A stretch of 64,000 bases of DNA, taken from NCBI RefSeq assembly GCF_018350175.1, contig NC_058368.1, positions 28,460,001 through 28,524,000 of the forward strand. The letters run 5' to 3'. Below, piece by piece: positions 12,806 to 26,352 of this stretch (positions are counted from its first letter, which is position 1; the number at the start of each line of letters is the position of its first letter). The DNA comes from Felis catus. Lineage: Eukaryota. The position numbers and the translations under genes are program-made. The notes under the pieces were generated by a model. It was not told the origin of the DNA, did not search any database, and worked only from the letters and a program-made list of their open reading frames with translations.

Positions 12806-13008
12806 AAATAAGGAATTCCACAAGAGGGTTTTAGGGGATATGGTTGCACCAAAACTGCAAAGAGACATGTCTAATACGGTTTATATATTACATGGGATAA
12901 GAGAAATTAGAAGTAACACATGTGGCTAATAAAAGGGGCAATTGATGAAGAATAACAAAAGCATAAGGATAGAGAGAATCACTTTGATTTATAAATAAAA
13001 AGGAAACA

Positions 13009-13195
13009 GGGGTCCCTAGGTGTTTCAGTTGGTTAAGCATCTGACTTTGGTACAGGTCATGATCTTGTGGTCCATGGGAGCCTGCTTTGGATTCTGTGTC
13101 TCCCTTTCTCCCTGCCCCTCCCCTGCTCATGCTCTCTCCCTCTCTCTCTCTCTCAAAAATAAATAAACATTAAAAAGTTTTTTAAAAAATAAAAT
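13009..13195 (+). mobile_element. CAN-SINE with internal deletion
   Basis: Head joins directly to ggagcctgctttggattc, so the B-box segment is missing; flanks aaaaggaa[a/g]cag. Confidence 0.85.
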
Positions 13196-13684
13196 GAAAA
13201 GGAAGCAGATTACCTATCAGGTTTGACGAAAAAGCTATACAGGACTTATCTTCCTTATGGCCTATGGGATGAATCTCACTCATTGTGAAATCAACGCATC
13301 ATACTCACATCTTTTTCATTTGATGATCTACATCATACTTATTAAAAGAAATGAGTTTTCCATATTTTGGGGGGGCCTGGGGAGTGACTTCCAAGACTCA
13401 AAACAAGACCAAAAATATCAGCCCAATGCAAGGCAATCACTGTCATAGTTGGACAGCATCGCCCAGTGCTAACATGAGCACCCACAGCGGTTGCCTCCTC
13501 ACCCTCCACGCCACCCTCTGAGTGGCCTGCGTTCACCCTGTAAGTTCCTGCTCTGACTGCCCTCGTGAAGTCTAGAGCCCAGCACTCACATAGTATGGCA
13601 TGGACAGGACCATTCCTTGCTGTTGATTCCATGTTATGCTGTGCGTACTTCTCACTGCTTTCTTACACATGCAAGAAAACTTTG

Positions 13685-13790
13685 TAATATATAAATATAT
13701 ATATACTATGTAAATACATAAATAATATATACAATACATAATATATAAATATTATATAATAATATTTATCTATATAACATAGATATATCC
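13685..13790. repeat. AT-rich low-complexity (TA)n-like tract
   Basis: Directly visible. Confidence 0.8.
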
Positions 13791-14012
13791 CAACAAAACT
13801 GTGGGAAAGAGGTCTTGACAAGGGAAATATAAAACAACAGTATTGCAAGAAGGATATTTAAAAAGTAACCAGACTGGAAGGAATACTTTGAAAAAGATGA
13901 ACATTACAATGGGCAGGTATGCTACCAGGCTTTATTATACCATACGTTCCTTTCCCCTAAATCACATAGGTTAAAAAAACTATGAAAAGAACGAATTAAA
14001 AAGGGCTCTCAC

Positions 14013-14138
14013 CATTGTCTTACACCAAAGGCATTTCCAATCTTGTAGACGCAGAACACTCCCGCATGTTTTGTCACAGACAGCACATTTGGCACTCACG
14101 GGCAAGTTACCCTCTAGCCATTGGTGAGGCATAGCTAC
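14013..14138 (-). CDS. DGKH: DGKH coding exon 7 (C1B zinc finger), [42 protein letters not shown]
   Basis: Acceptor gcacag|GTA, donor ATG|gtgag; 126 nt, phase 0/0; HQWxEGN..CxxC..CxWC motif of DGK C1 domains. Confidence 0.97.
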
Positions 14139-14254
14139 CTGTGCAGCAGGAGTAAAGAGCAGCCAAATTAAAGACTGGAGGACGTCATTCTCACCCTAGG
14201 GAAGATCTAAAATATTTCTTACTCAGTGGAATCAATATATGTACCACTCATGGC

Positions 14255-14540
14255 ATCCATTCATTTAGCCCACATTTATTGACATCTATTGTGCCCAGAG
14301 CACTGTAGCGATATAAAAATAATTAAGACTAAAGCCCTGACCTTCAGGATTTGTAGTCTAGCTGAGGAGCAATGAATGTAAAGGCATTATCATAAAGTGA
14401 TTACAAAGTGCTATCAGAGATTTGAATGCAAGGTGCAATGGAGACAAGGTTTTGAAGGTGGGGGTCACTGTTGAAAGGAGGCCCCAACATCTGAGGAGTG
14501 AACATCTGAATAAACACCTGAGCTAAGCCTTAAAGAGTAT
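14255..14540 (-). mobile_element. L2 3' remnant
   Basis: cattcatt...catttattgacatctattgtgcc...ccctgaccttcagg. Confidence 0.6.
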
Positions 14541-14794
14541 CTTACTTGTCAGGTCGGGGTCTACAACACCAGCCCAGCACAGCAGCCACTTGTAAGCTCT
14601 ATTCACATTTCCCTCAAAATTTAAGAGCTGAAGGCAACTATGAAGGATCTAACTGGAAATAGAAACTCATAATTAACCAAAACCTTCCATTTCATCCTGC
14701 TAGTAAATATTCCCACTAACTCTGTCATTTTTCACAGGGCAGACAATAAAGAGAGGAGGTACTGGGAAGAGACCAGAGACAGAACTGGGCTTAC

Positions 14795-14901
14795 TCCGTC
14801 TTCGTCCTCTATGATGTCCTTCCCAATGGAGGCCAGAGTCGTCCATTTGCAATTATTTGTTGCCCTCACTGCACATCTTTTGTGAGCCTTGAATTTACAC
14901 A
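14795..14901 (-). CDS. DGKH: DGKH coding exon 6 (end of C1A), (V)[35 protein letters not shown]
   Basis: Acceptor (t)10ag|TG, donor GGA|gtaag; 107 nt, phase 1/0. Confidence 0.96.
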
Positions 14902-15658
14902 CTAAAAAAAAAAGTCAACCATTTCTAAATGAATATATACTTCTGGAATAATGATTAAAGGAAATCATAGCATGAAATTAAAAAGGAGGGGGTAGAAGAA
15001 AAACAATAATTTAAAATCTTAAATTACTCTTCAACAATAATAAAGGTATTCTGAAAATACCTTTCCAGAAGGTATTCATGTATTTATGATACATATGGCT
15101 ATGTATGTATAAAGCTCTTTTTCAATCTATAGATTGCTACTTAGAGAGGTTCTACTTGTTCATAAATAAAACATAAAGGAAATGAATACAAAAGAATTAG
15201 TTCTTTAGGAGAAAGGAGACAACAGTCACATACGCACACATAGAACTAAACAAAATTTAGTAATACAGAGGTGCTGGTAACATCCTATTTCTTAATCTGG
15301 ATGTTGGTTACATAAATGTGTTTCATTTGTGAAAAATCCTATGTGCTGTACTCCTCTGATATTTGTATTTTTCTGTCCATATAATAAATTTAAAATGAAA
15401 GATTTGAAAATATCAGTAAGATAAAGAACAGGATAATTCAGAGGAGTTTTAAATTGCAAGTATGTTGAGAAAATATCCAGTCATCATGGGAAATAGGTTG
15501 ATAAGGGTCACAAAGATGGCACTGTCTTTTAAAAGCATTATTGTTGGGATTACTACATTATGATGTAGACTAAAGTAGTGATGAAGAAATACGCTACATG
15601 CATCACTAATTGGCTCAGCAATAATATCAAAAAGGAGCCTATAAAAGAGACATAAGAG

Positions 15659-17496
15659 ACACTGAAACCTACAAGACATTGACGAAAGAAACTGAAGACA
15701 CAAATAAACTGGGGAAAATATTCCATGCTAATGGTCTGGAAGAATTAATAATGTAAAAATGTCCATAGGACTGAAAGCAATATACAGATTCAATGCAATC
15801 CCTGTCAAAATTCCAATGGCATTTTTCAAAGAACTAAAACAAATAATTCTATAATTTTTATGGAACCACAAAAGACTCCAAATAGCCAAAGCAATCTTCA
15901 GAAGGAACAAAGTGGAAGGCATCATGATCCTGATTTGAAACTATGTTACAAAGCTATAGTAATCAGAGTAGTATGGTACTGGCGTAAAAACAGACACATA
16001 GGTCAATGGAACAGAATAGAGAACCCAGAAATAAATCCACACATATATGGCCAACTAATTCATGACAAAGAGACCATGAATACACAATGGAGAAAGAATG
16101 ATGTCTTTAATAAATGTTGCTGGGGAAACTGGACAGCCATATGCAAAAGAATGAAACTGGACCACTTTCATGAAAACTGGACTGAACTGTACATAAAAGT
16201 AAACTAAAAGGGATTAAAGACTTGAATGTAATACTGAAAACCATAAAACTCGTAGAAGAAAATTCCTGGACTTTAGCTCTTTGACATCAGTCTTTGCGAT
16301 GATTTTTTGGGTCTAACACCAAAAGCACAGGCAACAAAGCAAAAATACATAAGCAGGACTATATCAAACTAAAAAGTTTCTACACAGCCAAGGAAGCCAT
16401 CAATAATATGGAAAGGCAACATACTGAATGGGAGAAAATATTTACAAATCATATATCCAATAAGGGGTTAACATTTATATACATTAATATACAAAGAACT
16501 CACACAAGTCAATAGCAAAAACCAAGCAGTCCACTTAAAAAATGGGAAGTGGATCTGAACAGACATTTTTGTAAATAAGACATACTGACGGCCAACAGAG
16601 AAATGAAAAGATACTCAATATCACTAGTCATCGGGGGAAATGCAAATACAAAACCACAATGAGATATCACCTCACACCTGTTAGGATGGCTATTATAAAA
16701 AAGGTAAGAAATTACTAGTGTCGGCAAGAATTTGAACAAAAGGGAACTCTTGTGGACTGTTGGTGGCAATGCAAATTGGTGCAGCCACTATAGTAAACAG
16801 TATGGAGTTTCCTCGAGAAATTAAAAATAGAACTATAATACAATCCAGCAATCCCATTTCTGGGTATTTATCTGAAGAAAATGGAATCACCAACTTGAAA
16901 AGACATCTGCACCTTCGTGTTCATTACAGCATTATTCGTAACAGGCAAGGTACAGAAACAACTTAAGTGTCCATCAATAGACAAATGGATACAGAAATTG
17001 TGGTATCTGTATATGTATTTACACAATGGACTATTATTCATTCAGCCATATAAAAAAATGCAATCTTGCCTATTGAGACAACATGGATGGACCTAGAGGA
17101 TATTATGCTAACTTGAAATAAGTCAAAGAGAGAAAGACAGATACCTTATGATCTGACTTTTAGGTAGACTGTAAAAACAACTACAACAAACCCACAAAAA
17201 AACCAAGCTCATAGAAACAGAAAACACATTGGTGGTTACCAGAGGTGGGGGTGTGGAATTGGGCCAAATGGGTGAAGGGAGTCAAAAGTACCAACTAAAA
17301 TAACTAAGTCACGGGGATGTAATGTACAGAATGGTGAGTATAGTTACTATAATGAATTGAATATTTGAAAGTTGCTATGAGAGTAAATCTTAAAAGTTCT
17401 CATCATAAGGAAAAAATTCCGTAACTACGGACGGTGACATGTTCCATTTGGGTAATCATTTTACAATGTATACAAATATCAAATAAAAAAAAAAAA
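15659..17496 (+). mobile_element. 5'-truncated older L1 (carnivore/L1MA-like): decayed ORF2 C-terminus plus 3' UTR and poly-A
   Basis: ORF 15860..16207 has ORF2 motifs (YKAIVI..WYW.KNRHI.QWNRIENPE..YGQLI.DK); frameshifts and stops; candidate TSD agaga[c/a]ataagag at 15646-15658 and 17502-17514. Confidence 0.93.
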
Positions 17497-18263
17497 GAGA
17501 GAGAGAAATAAGAGGAAACAACCAGGAAAGAAGCAGCTCATATATGAAAAACAAGTAAACCACAGATTATTTGAGAAATTAACCCTTACTTATGAAAATC
17601 AGTACTTGAGTACTACTAAACTGATTTATCCTTTTAAGGACACCAATTATCCAAGCATTAGTGGATACTGACGTTACACCTGTTTCTGACTTTTCAGAAG
17701 ATATTTTTTTATTGTACTAAGTTTTATTCTAAAGACTATAATTAAAAGTTTGAGATCACCTTAGTGGAAATAACAAAGGTAACTGCTGCTAAATGCGACG
17801 TGTAAGGTGACTCCTTTTCACATGATTTTTTAATGTCTAACTGTAAACTGCTAACAAATTAAAAATGATGGGTTATATGCCACTGGTTTAAGACAGTCCT
17901 AATTTAATGTGGCACGCAAATGAGAGGGTCAGGTAAAATAATGTTCAAAATGCTTCAGATGTCATGGATAGCCAATAGGTAAAAGGTCACTTAAGCTGAA
18001 CTGTTTTTGGGTTTTTTTTTGAGAAATATTAGTCTACATTAGTTTCATTTATCTGCTCTTTTGTGCACCTTGACAAATGCTTTCCTGGAAATCATACAGC
18101 TTTTGTTCTAAATGATTCTGTGACTCAAGCACAGATTTATATAGAATAACTAATTTTTTAATGGAATCTCACTGCCGATAAACAGTAGTGTAAAGAAACA
18201 GGAAGTATAAGCTTATACTATAGGAAGTTTAGGAAGTATAAGCTTAGTTTGAAAAACAGTTTT

Positions 18264-18490
18264 GTTTTTTTTTTAAATTTTTTTTTTCAACGTTTATTTA
18301 TTTTTGGGACAGAGAGAGACAGAGCATGAACGGGGGAGGGGCAGAGAGAGAGGGAGACACAGAATTGGAAACAGGCGCCAGGCTCTGAGCCATCAGCCCA
18401 GAGCCCGACGCGGGGCTCGAACTCAGGGACCACGAGATCGTGACCTGGCTGAAGTCAGACGCTTAACCGACTGCGCCACCCAGGCGCCCC
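18264..18490 (-). mobile_element. Young felid CAN-SINE (same subfamily as 2880 and 28785)
   Basis: Diagnostic gcgcagtcgg / cagccaggtc / ctgggctgatggctc; perfect TSD tgaaaaacagtttt at 18250-18263 and 18491-18504. Confidence 0.95.
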
Positions 18491-19783
18491 TGAAAAACAG
18501 TTTTAGCATGACCTGCTCCCTTTCGCTCTCATGTTCTATTTTAAAATTGAGGTTAATTAGCATCCCTAGGTCTTTTCATCTGTTATGGTGTTTCTTAAAA
18601 ATGTGGTCCTAGTTTTAGTTTTATTTGCAACATAATCCCCAGGCTTGCTTTTTAAGTACAAGTAAGTATTTGGTATTAATAGTCAATAATTGTTTTTTAC
18701 AGAGAAGGAAGTAAAAGAGAGCAACAGGGAATAATTTCACAGCTTTTTAAAAATTTTGCCATTAAAAATCAAACAGCTCAGTAAAAACAAAAATTACACT
18801 TGTAATAATACAGTGCTTCATGCAAAGAGTCTTGAAAATTGCAAAGTTGCTTAATATAGCATATAATAATAAAAAAATAAACCAGACTGTGATTATGGTC
18901 ACTGAGGAATGGAAATTATTAATAAACACTTTAATTTTGTTAGGCGACAATTAGATTTCTCCAAATAAGTTATTGTGAAATAAATCACTTTTCCCTGACC
19001 TATAAAGCCATTATCTCAAAACCACAGAACTTAAAAATATATACTGACAAGTAACAAAATTATGATTTTTTATCTGCAATTTCCAGTCTACCACACTGAA
19101 TCTTTCTAAGTGTTCAACACTGGCTATAATAAAAATTCATAGAGTCCCATGTTAACATATTTGATGTTATTGATTAAAAGAGAAAAAAATCACCATTTAA
19201 CTTTTTTTGTTCAATTACTATTTAAATAATTGTGAAGAACAATTATGCTTTGAAATTATAATTAACATTCTCAATTGGTTTAGGGAATTATTTACGAAAA
19301 GTATTCTATCTTCTATTTTTCATTCATATATTTCATGTATGCAAGGCTTTAAAATAACAATTTTAGTAGTTATTCAACACAAACCCAGAAGACAAATCAT
19401 TACAGCTTGTTTTACTGTGAAACACATTAAGTAAATTTAGTGATGGTTTCACACACTGGAAACTTCCATTCCAATACAAAGTTATTCATCGTCACAGTTG
19501 AATGAAATTTTTTGTGTGTGTTTGCATCTTTGTTAAGTCTTTTAAAGCTTCTTGTGTCCTATGCCTTTTGTTTTATCAAGCAAGCAGTTTATTCAGATTT
19601 GGAGGTAGTTTCTAAAGTTTAACTTGGATTACAAAAAAATTATGCTAAATAACCACATTCTCATAAAATAAAAAGGTAACTTCTTTACACATTCATAAAA
19701 CCCTTGGGATTTTTAAAGCCTTCTGGTCTATTTCTAACAATACCAAGGTAGGATGCCACAGGTTTAAAATTTTTATCAGCAGA

Positions 19784-19952
19784 GGGGTGCTCCTGGGTGG
19801 CTCTGTCGGTTAAGTGTCCGACTTCAGCTCAGATCGTGATCTCACAGTTCATGAGTTCAAGCTCCACACTGGGCTCTGTGTTGACAGCTCAGAGCCTGGA
19901 GCCTGCTTCAGATTCTGTGTCTCCCTCTCTCTCTCTGTCCTTCTCCTGCTCA

Positions 19953-19989
<37 letters not shown>

Positions 19990-20020
19990 AAAAGTAAATA
20001 AACATTAAAAAAAATAAAAT
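19784..20020 (+). mobile_element. CAN-SINE with expanded (CT)n
   Basis: TSD aaaatttttat[c/t]agcaga. Confidence 0.93.
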
Positions 20021-21300
20021 AAAATTTTTATTAGCAGAGAAAATGAGTACTAACAGACACTTTTCTAAAACTATTATTTAAAAATACAATAAAGAACCAT
20101 AAAGAAGTCAGGAAGACTTCATTATTAACAGAATAACATAACAAACTTATTTAAAGACTTTTAAGTTTCTTGTTCTCATCAGCTAATGTACTTTTCATTT
20201 TTCCTTTAAAATGTTTAGAAACGACTTAGTCATCCCAGCTTAAACTCAATTCACAAACAAATATATTTAATAATGCCTAATTCTCAAATCGGAAGAGTAC
20301 CACAGAGTATCTCAGATCTGATATCTTTTTTTAGCATTTTTTTTTTTTTTTTAATGGAATAAGAGGTTAGGAGGCAACACTAAGGGGACCTTCGAAAGAA
20401 CACCTCTGAGTATTACAGACCGGGTAAGAGTAGACTCAGAGCTAGGAACCTTTCAGATTACTAAATTCATAAAGAGTAATTACACCTGATTTGCAATCAT
20501 TGTTTAAATCTAAAAAACAAAAAACAAAAACAACAACAACAAAAAAAACACGTGTAATGGCTCTTCCAAGTGTTTGTTTTCATGCATTTTCATGCATCAA
20601 TCAGGCCATGATGCAATCTTCAATTATTTACTGGATGGATTTCTTACACAGCACAGCTACTAACTTCCCCAAGTCACTTGACTAGAAAAGTAGCTTTCCT
20701 GTTTATATTCTCTCACTTAATTTTCATAGTATCTCTACATAGTATAAATGACTATTATCTCCGTTTTACATATGAGGAAATGAAAGTCAAAAACAGTGGA
20801 ACTATTTCTCCTGGTCACCGTTTGCAATGCTGGGAGCGGAACCAGAACCCTGAGGGTATAAAACTGAGGAACTCTATTCTCAACCTCTGTGCTGTCTCAT
20901 ATTAAATAGCTGAGACTATGACGTATCTCAGATTTTGTACCTTAAAATGAACGAAAACTGTGACTCTATTACTATTTTATTATTCAAGAATAAAAAGCTA
21001 TTCAAAATTAAGACGTTTCTGTATTAGAGAAAAAAAAAAGCCAGTATTAATATTAGATATAGTTCAGAAAGTAAAGTGTGCTCACTGAGGTACGGAATTA
21101 AATAAATCTAAAGAAGTTATGAGTTTTCTTTTGGTAATTATTAGTATATTTGCTTCTATTGGTCACTGCTTTTTAATTAAGAAATGCACAAATCCTAATA
21201 CGAAAACTACAGCATTGGCCTTATTTTTAGAAAAGGATGGCCTCCATGTAAATGAAACATAAAATGAAATAAAAGAAAACATTTAAAATAACGAAATAGA

Positions 21301-21530
21301 GGGGCGCCTGTGTGGCTCAGTCGGTTAAGCATCCGACTTTGGCTCAGGTCACGATCTCAAGGTTCGTGGGTTCGAGCCCCTCATCGGGCTCTGTGCTGAC
21401 AGCTCAAAGCCTGGAACCTGTTTTGGATTCTGTGTCTCCCTCTCTGCCCCTCCCCCTCGCATTCTGTCTGTCTGTGTGTCTGTCTCTCTCTCTCTCAAAA
21501 ATAATAAAAAAACATTTTAAAAAGTTAAAA
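21301..21530 (+). mobile_element. CAN-SINE
   Basis: TSD aaaataa[c/t]gaaataga. Confidence 0.93.
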
Positions 21531-22005
21531 AAATAATGAAATAGAAATAACAATAGAAATAACAAACAATAGAAATTCTGTCAGCGTTATGTGCTGTCCT
21601 CACTGAAAGTTTTGTTCTCCGCAATCAATTCAGAACAGAAAAAGAATTCTAGAAAACCAGCATGACAGACAAAGTCTAGAGATGTTTTGTGGAGCACCTG
21701 CTAGTTCCTCGGGAGCGAAATGCTACATTTTGATTTCTACTTCCTTCCTAATGATTCGTATCATCTTTCTCTCGGTAAAATATTTCCCCATCAGTCCTGT
21801 GTGCTCTGAGCTCCACTTTAAGCTGCAGTGAAACTTAAACACTGTGTTCGCACTGAGGTGCTCCCAGATGCAGCCCCCACCCGAGGGAAACGTTTCCCTG
21901 GGGTGATGTTTCTCTGTTCGCGGCACAGAAGTACCCACAAGATGTGGCAGCATCGTGCCACAGTGGTCAGTGCTGAGGGAGAACGCAGGCTGGGCGCTAC
22001 AGTAC

Positions 22006-22138
22006 CTTCGCAGGACAGGCCGTGGGAGGTGACTCCAGAAAGACTCTCTCTGCACACGTTACAGAAAGTGGGTCGGGCATGGGAGCAAGCGTACCAGTTA
22101 TGCATCCCTGAGAAATGTTCCACGTTAAACTGGGCCAC
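22006..22138 (-). CDS. DGKH: DGKH coding exon 5 (C1A zinc finger), [44 protein letters not shown]
   Basis: First part of ORF 21818..22138; acceptor ttctag|GTG, donor GAAG|gtact; 133 nt, phase 0/1. Confidence 0.97.
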
Positions 22139-22429
22139 CTAGAAACGAGACACAGGTTTGGCAAACAAGAGAAGGAGACGACAGCGAGTTAACATTTGGA
22201 ATGCATGAGTTATGATTAAAGTTTCAAATCCGTAATTTTTACAACAAGAACACTCTCCTTTAAGTAAAAAAAAAAAAAAAAGAAAAAAAAAGGAAGAAAT
22301 ATCAATATCAGATTTAAGCAAGTTACTTAATGAATCTACACATACTTTGCTTTGTGGAATATAGCTTCGGTTCTTCAGATAACATTGGTTTTCTAAGAAC
22401 ATGAGGCGTCAGAAGAGAAGCCACTTTAC

Positions 22430-22534
22430 CTCGTAAGGCTCTCTGGTCTGGACAGACTTCAGTGAGCTCATCCAATCCTCCATTTCCTTCCTGTTCTCAG
22501 CGCACAGCATTAGTCTTCTGAAGGGAGTGATTAT
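22430..22534 (-). CDS. DGKH: DGKH coding exon 4 (end of PH domain), [35 protein letters not shown]
   Basis: Acceptor cctttcag|ATA, donor GAG|gtaaag; 105 nt, phase 0/0; contains the conserved PH C-terminal helix Trp. Confidence 0.96.
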
Positions 22535-24192
22535 CTGAAAGGGGAATTCAATCTAATGATTGTTAATCACCGAAAGGACAGATTACTGCAAAACTTAGCA
22601 ATCGCGCGAGGAAATTGTATTTCTAAACTCCGCGTCCTCATTTCCTTGATGAAGCAAGTGAGAGTCTCCGTAACGTAAATAATTTTCTTTCTCTGAGTAT
22701 GATACAATGGGGTCTAGGAAAGAAAACTTAGTTCTAAGGAGGAATTTCTTGTCTTTAAGCTCACTGCTATTTACTTAGACTTTTTTAGTCCATTACCAAA
22801 GGCTGTGAATCCAAATCGACAATGTACTCTTACTTCATGGAAGGTATCTTGAAAAGTGATGTTAAGTATGCTTCGAAATAATTCATGGTAAGCTTCAAAT
22901 GAGTACATAGTTTTCGGTATGGAAATAAAAAAAAAAATTGAAAACCAGAGGAATGCAACATGGAATGATTCATAATTGGTTTTTGACAATATCAACAATA
23001 TTCTGCTATTAAATAATGTGGGATTTACATACCATTTCCACTGTCTATTTTAATATGATTTGTATGAAGGATTGTTTCTTCGTTGTATAGAATTCCCCTA
23101 TACTACTTTTTAGCGAGAGCCAGGGAGGGAAGAATTAACGTAAAAACCCTTCGGTTGGCTTTAAGGGAAGAAAATAATTGTGACTCATCTTTTTTCATGT
23201 CACTAAAGAACACAGACCAAGAGTCTTACAGCAAATGAAATGAAGGCTTTGTGCTGTTATAGCATCAAAAGTGCTCCAAAGTGAGATTCTGAAATGGCTT
23301 GAAATTAGCCCTATTTATGTGTGAATACAATATTCTGTTTGTAATCTTGAAGTTGCTAAGTCCTAAGCATTCACTGCAAAGAAGGGACTACTTATATACT
23401 TGTGGAAGAAGAGCAAAATTTACACACACACCTAGAAACTATTTCCAAATAGTAAGTTATATATTTAGATAGCAAATAACTTTTCTTAAGTTAGAAGCCA
23501 TTTGATCGAGTGATAATCTACATACTTCATTATAGCACAGATTTCTGAAGTCATGAGAAAGGAATAATCATCTAAAAATAAAAGGAACAATTCCCAACAG
23601 GAGTAAACCAGCGCGCCTCAAATCAGTACTGTTCATCATAGGAAATAAGTCCATTATTTAAAACTGTAGACACCAGCCCAATCTTAGCTACTCACCGCTC
23701 ATTGCTTCCTTTCTTTGGTCTTTAGTGTAGACTGCACAATCCTTCCTTAAACCAAGGGGCCCTTTCATACATCTGACAGGCACTCACACTTAAATACAGT
23801 CAGCCAGAAGTCACATGGAGGAGAAGCATCAACCGTTCAGCTTTGGGTATTTGTTAATTGCATATGAAACTGAACAGAACCTCACTTCTGCATTTTCTTC
23901 TGTTTTCCACTACCCTCTTTGGATAAAGCTTTTCAGCAGTTGGTCACTTCTTTTCCTGAATAAATAGTTAATGAAAGAGCACTGACTCCCTCATTACTCA
24001 GGAGCTAAATGGATGCTTTATTGCTTCAAAATGTTTTTCTAGGACAGCTCATCCAATGCAGCAGAAGAGATACCATTATATCATAATACTCTCCTGGCTC
24101 TGATGACTGGCATGGTACTCCAGAAATCTCCCACTTACACTGGACTGACTGAATAAATCTGACATTTACCTGAATAAGTATTTACCTCTAGC

Positions 24193-24216
24193 ATTTATTT
24201 TTATTTATTTATGTAT

Positions 24217-24247
<31 letters not shown>
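24193..24247. repeat. Compound (TTTA)n/(GTTA)n microsatellite
   Basis: Directly visible. Confidence 0.9.
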
Positions 24248-24668
24248 CTACACTATAGGATGAACTCTAAGGATTCCCTCTCTTTCATTATGATCTTGTA
24301 GGGAGACAAATATCATTCAGATAAATAAACCAGGCTTGTTATTTTATTCTTTGATTTTGTTTTGTTGTTGTTGAATTCAAAGGAAAGCAGTATATTTGGT
24401 GGTTTTAACTATCTTTAATGCCTTTATATTCATCATAAGTCATCGTGAATTCAACAAAAAGGGGAGAAAAAGAATAGGGAAACAGCTTCTAATTTTTCTT
24501 ATAGCTTTTGGAACTACATAAATGGCTCAATCCTAAAAAAATTTCAGCAATGTATATCACACTGATATGCCAATGAAGTAAATGTATAATTTTGCAGCTT
24601 CCTCCTTTTAACATAAATTTGTTTAAAAGTGGTCAATAATAAGCAAGTAAACATCATAGCACATTCTT

Positions 24669-24876
24669 GGGGCACCTGGGTGGCTCAGTCAGTTAAGCGT
24701 CTGACTTTGGCTCAGGAGGTGATCTCACACTTGGTGAGTTCGAGCCTTGCATCAGGCTGTCTGCTGTCAGCACAGAGCCTGCTTTGGATCCTCTGTCTCC
24801 CTCTTTCTCTGCCCCTCCCCTGCTCATGTGTACATGCTTGCTCTCTCTCAAAAATAAATAAACACTTAGAAAAAAG
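24669..24876 (+). mobile_element. CAN-SINE
   Basis: TSD atcata[g/a]cacattctt. Confidence 0.93.
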
Positions 24877-26140
24877 ATCATAACACATTCTTAAAATAAA
24901 TGTTAAGTTTTTAAGAGCCAGAAATAACTACAAGCAATTTTGATTTATAGGCCTTGTGATCAAGGGTGATTAACAAATCCACTGATTATAGTTATAAAAA
25001 ATATGTATGAAAAAGAAAATCTTTTGTAAATCATGATGCAGAGATGTCTGGTTTTGTGGCTACCGTATTAAAAATGCTTCCTCCAAAAGCCTGGAGTAGT
25101 CTGGGCCTAACTGAAGACAAGGCTGGTTTACCAACCAAACCCATAAAGTCTCCCAGATTGACCCTTTCTCCTCTGGGGTAAACCCTCACCAGCCCACCAA
25201 AGCTATGAGTTCTCTCCCCACCTTTTATTTGAATTCTTCCTCATATTCCACCTTTGTAGGAAAGAATAGGATAATCATAATTGTTAGCTGACAGGCTCTG
25301 GTTGTATCCTAACTAAACTCCCTTACACTACAGTGGTTTCTCATCCAAATCTTTATTAGGAAAATTATTTGAGAAGCAGCAAACTCTGAAAATTATTTGC
25401 TTCTCACTCTGAAAGTATATTGAACTCAGCGTTTTTATTATGATAGGTGAGTAGTGTGGGAAGGTGGAAAGACAGAGGTGTGGGAGGCGGCTATTCCTAG
25501 GGAGGGTTCTCTGAGCCTGAGGGGGAGGACGTAGGCCAGGAAGTCTAGAAGACTAGAGCCCAGAGCCCAGGGCCCAGAACCCAGGGGTACAAACTATATG
25601 GGCTTTGCCTTAACAGTCCAGAAAAGAGATAAGGAGGTAAACCAAGGTTTGCTTGTCTGAAAAAGTGCTGTATAAGATGAACACATAGGAGAGCCATCTA
25701 AATCAGTTTCCTAAATGCTACCTCAAATAATATACAAACTCTCCATTAATAGAGATATTGCTCCATTTGGAGAGTTATTGGCCTATTTACTATTAATCCA
25801 ACAACACTATTACCTATGGATAAGAATCAAAAATTTCTCAGTCTGCTAAAGCATATAAATGCATAAGAAAGGAGACATTAAATACATAAAGTTCTATAGA
25901 AGAGTAACATTATGGTTAAGACTTTAAACACATAAACATGCACAGGGAAAAAAAAACCCACAAATACTGTATTGGTCATCTTTCAGTGAGGGGATTACAG
26001 AGAATCATAATTGTATTTTTTGTTTGTCTATGGTTTCTAAAGCAAATACGTAGTACTTTTGTAACAAAACCACTATTTTTTTTTTACTAACAGAAGGATG
26101 GGAATTCAGAATTTAAAACTTTGCATTGTTCACAAGCAGT

Positions 26141-26349
26141 TTTTTTTTTATTTAAAAAATTTTTTTAATGTTTATTTATTTTTGAGAGACAGAGCGTGAG
26201 CGGGGGAGGGGCAGAGAGAGAGGGAGACACAGAATCTGAAGCAGGCTCCAGGCTCTGAGCTGTCAACACAGAGCCCGACACGGGGCTCAAACCCACGAAC
26301 TGAGATCACGACCTGAACTGAAGTTGTACTGAGCCACCCAGGCACCCCC
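26141..26349 (-). mobile_element. CAN-SINE inserted at the left end of a MER5-like element
   Basis: SINE body; short TSD gcagtt. Confidence 0.9.
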
Positions 26350-26352
26350 GAG

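Noticed and set aside
21818..22005. ORF continuation past exon 5 ([10 protein letters not shown]…)
   Set aside because: Read-through into the intron after a canonical donor; the C1 domain is completed only by exon 6
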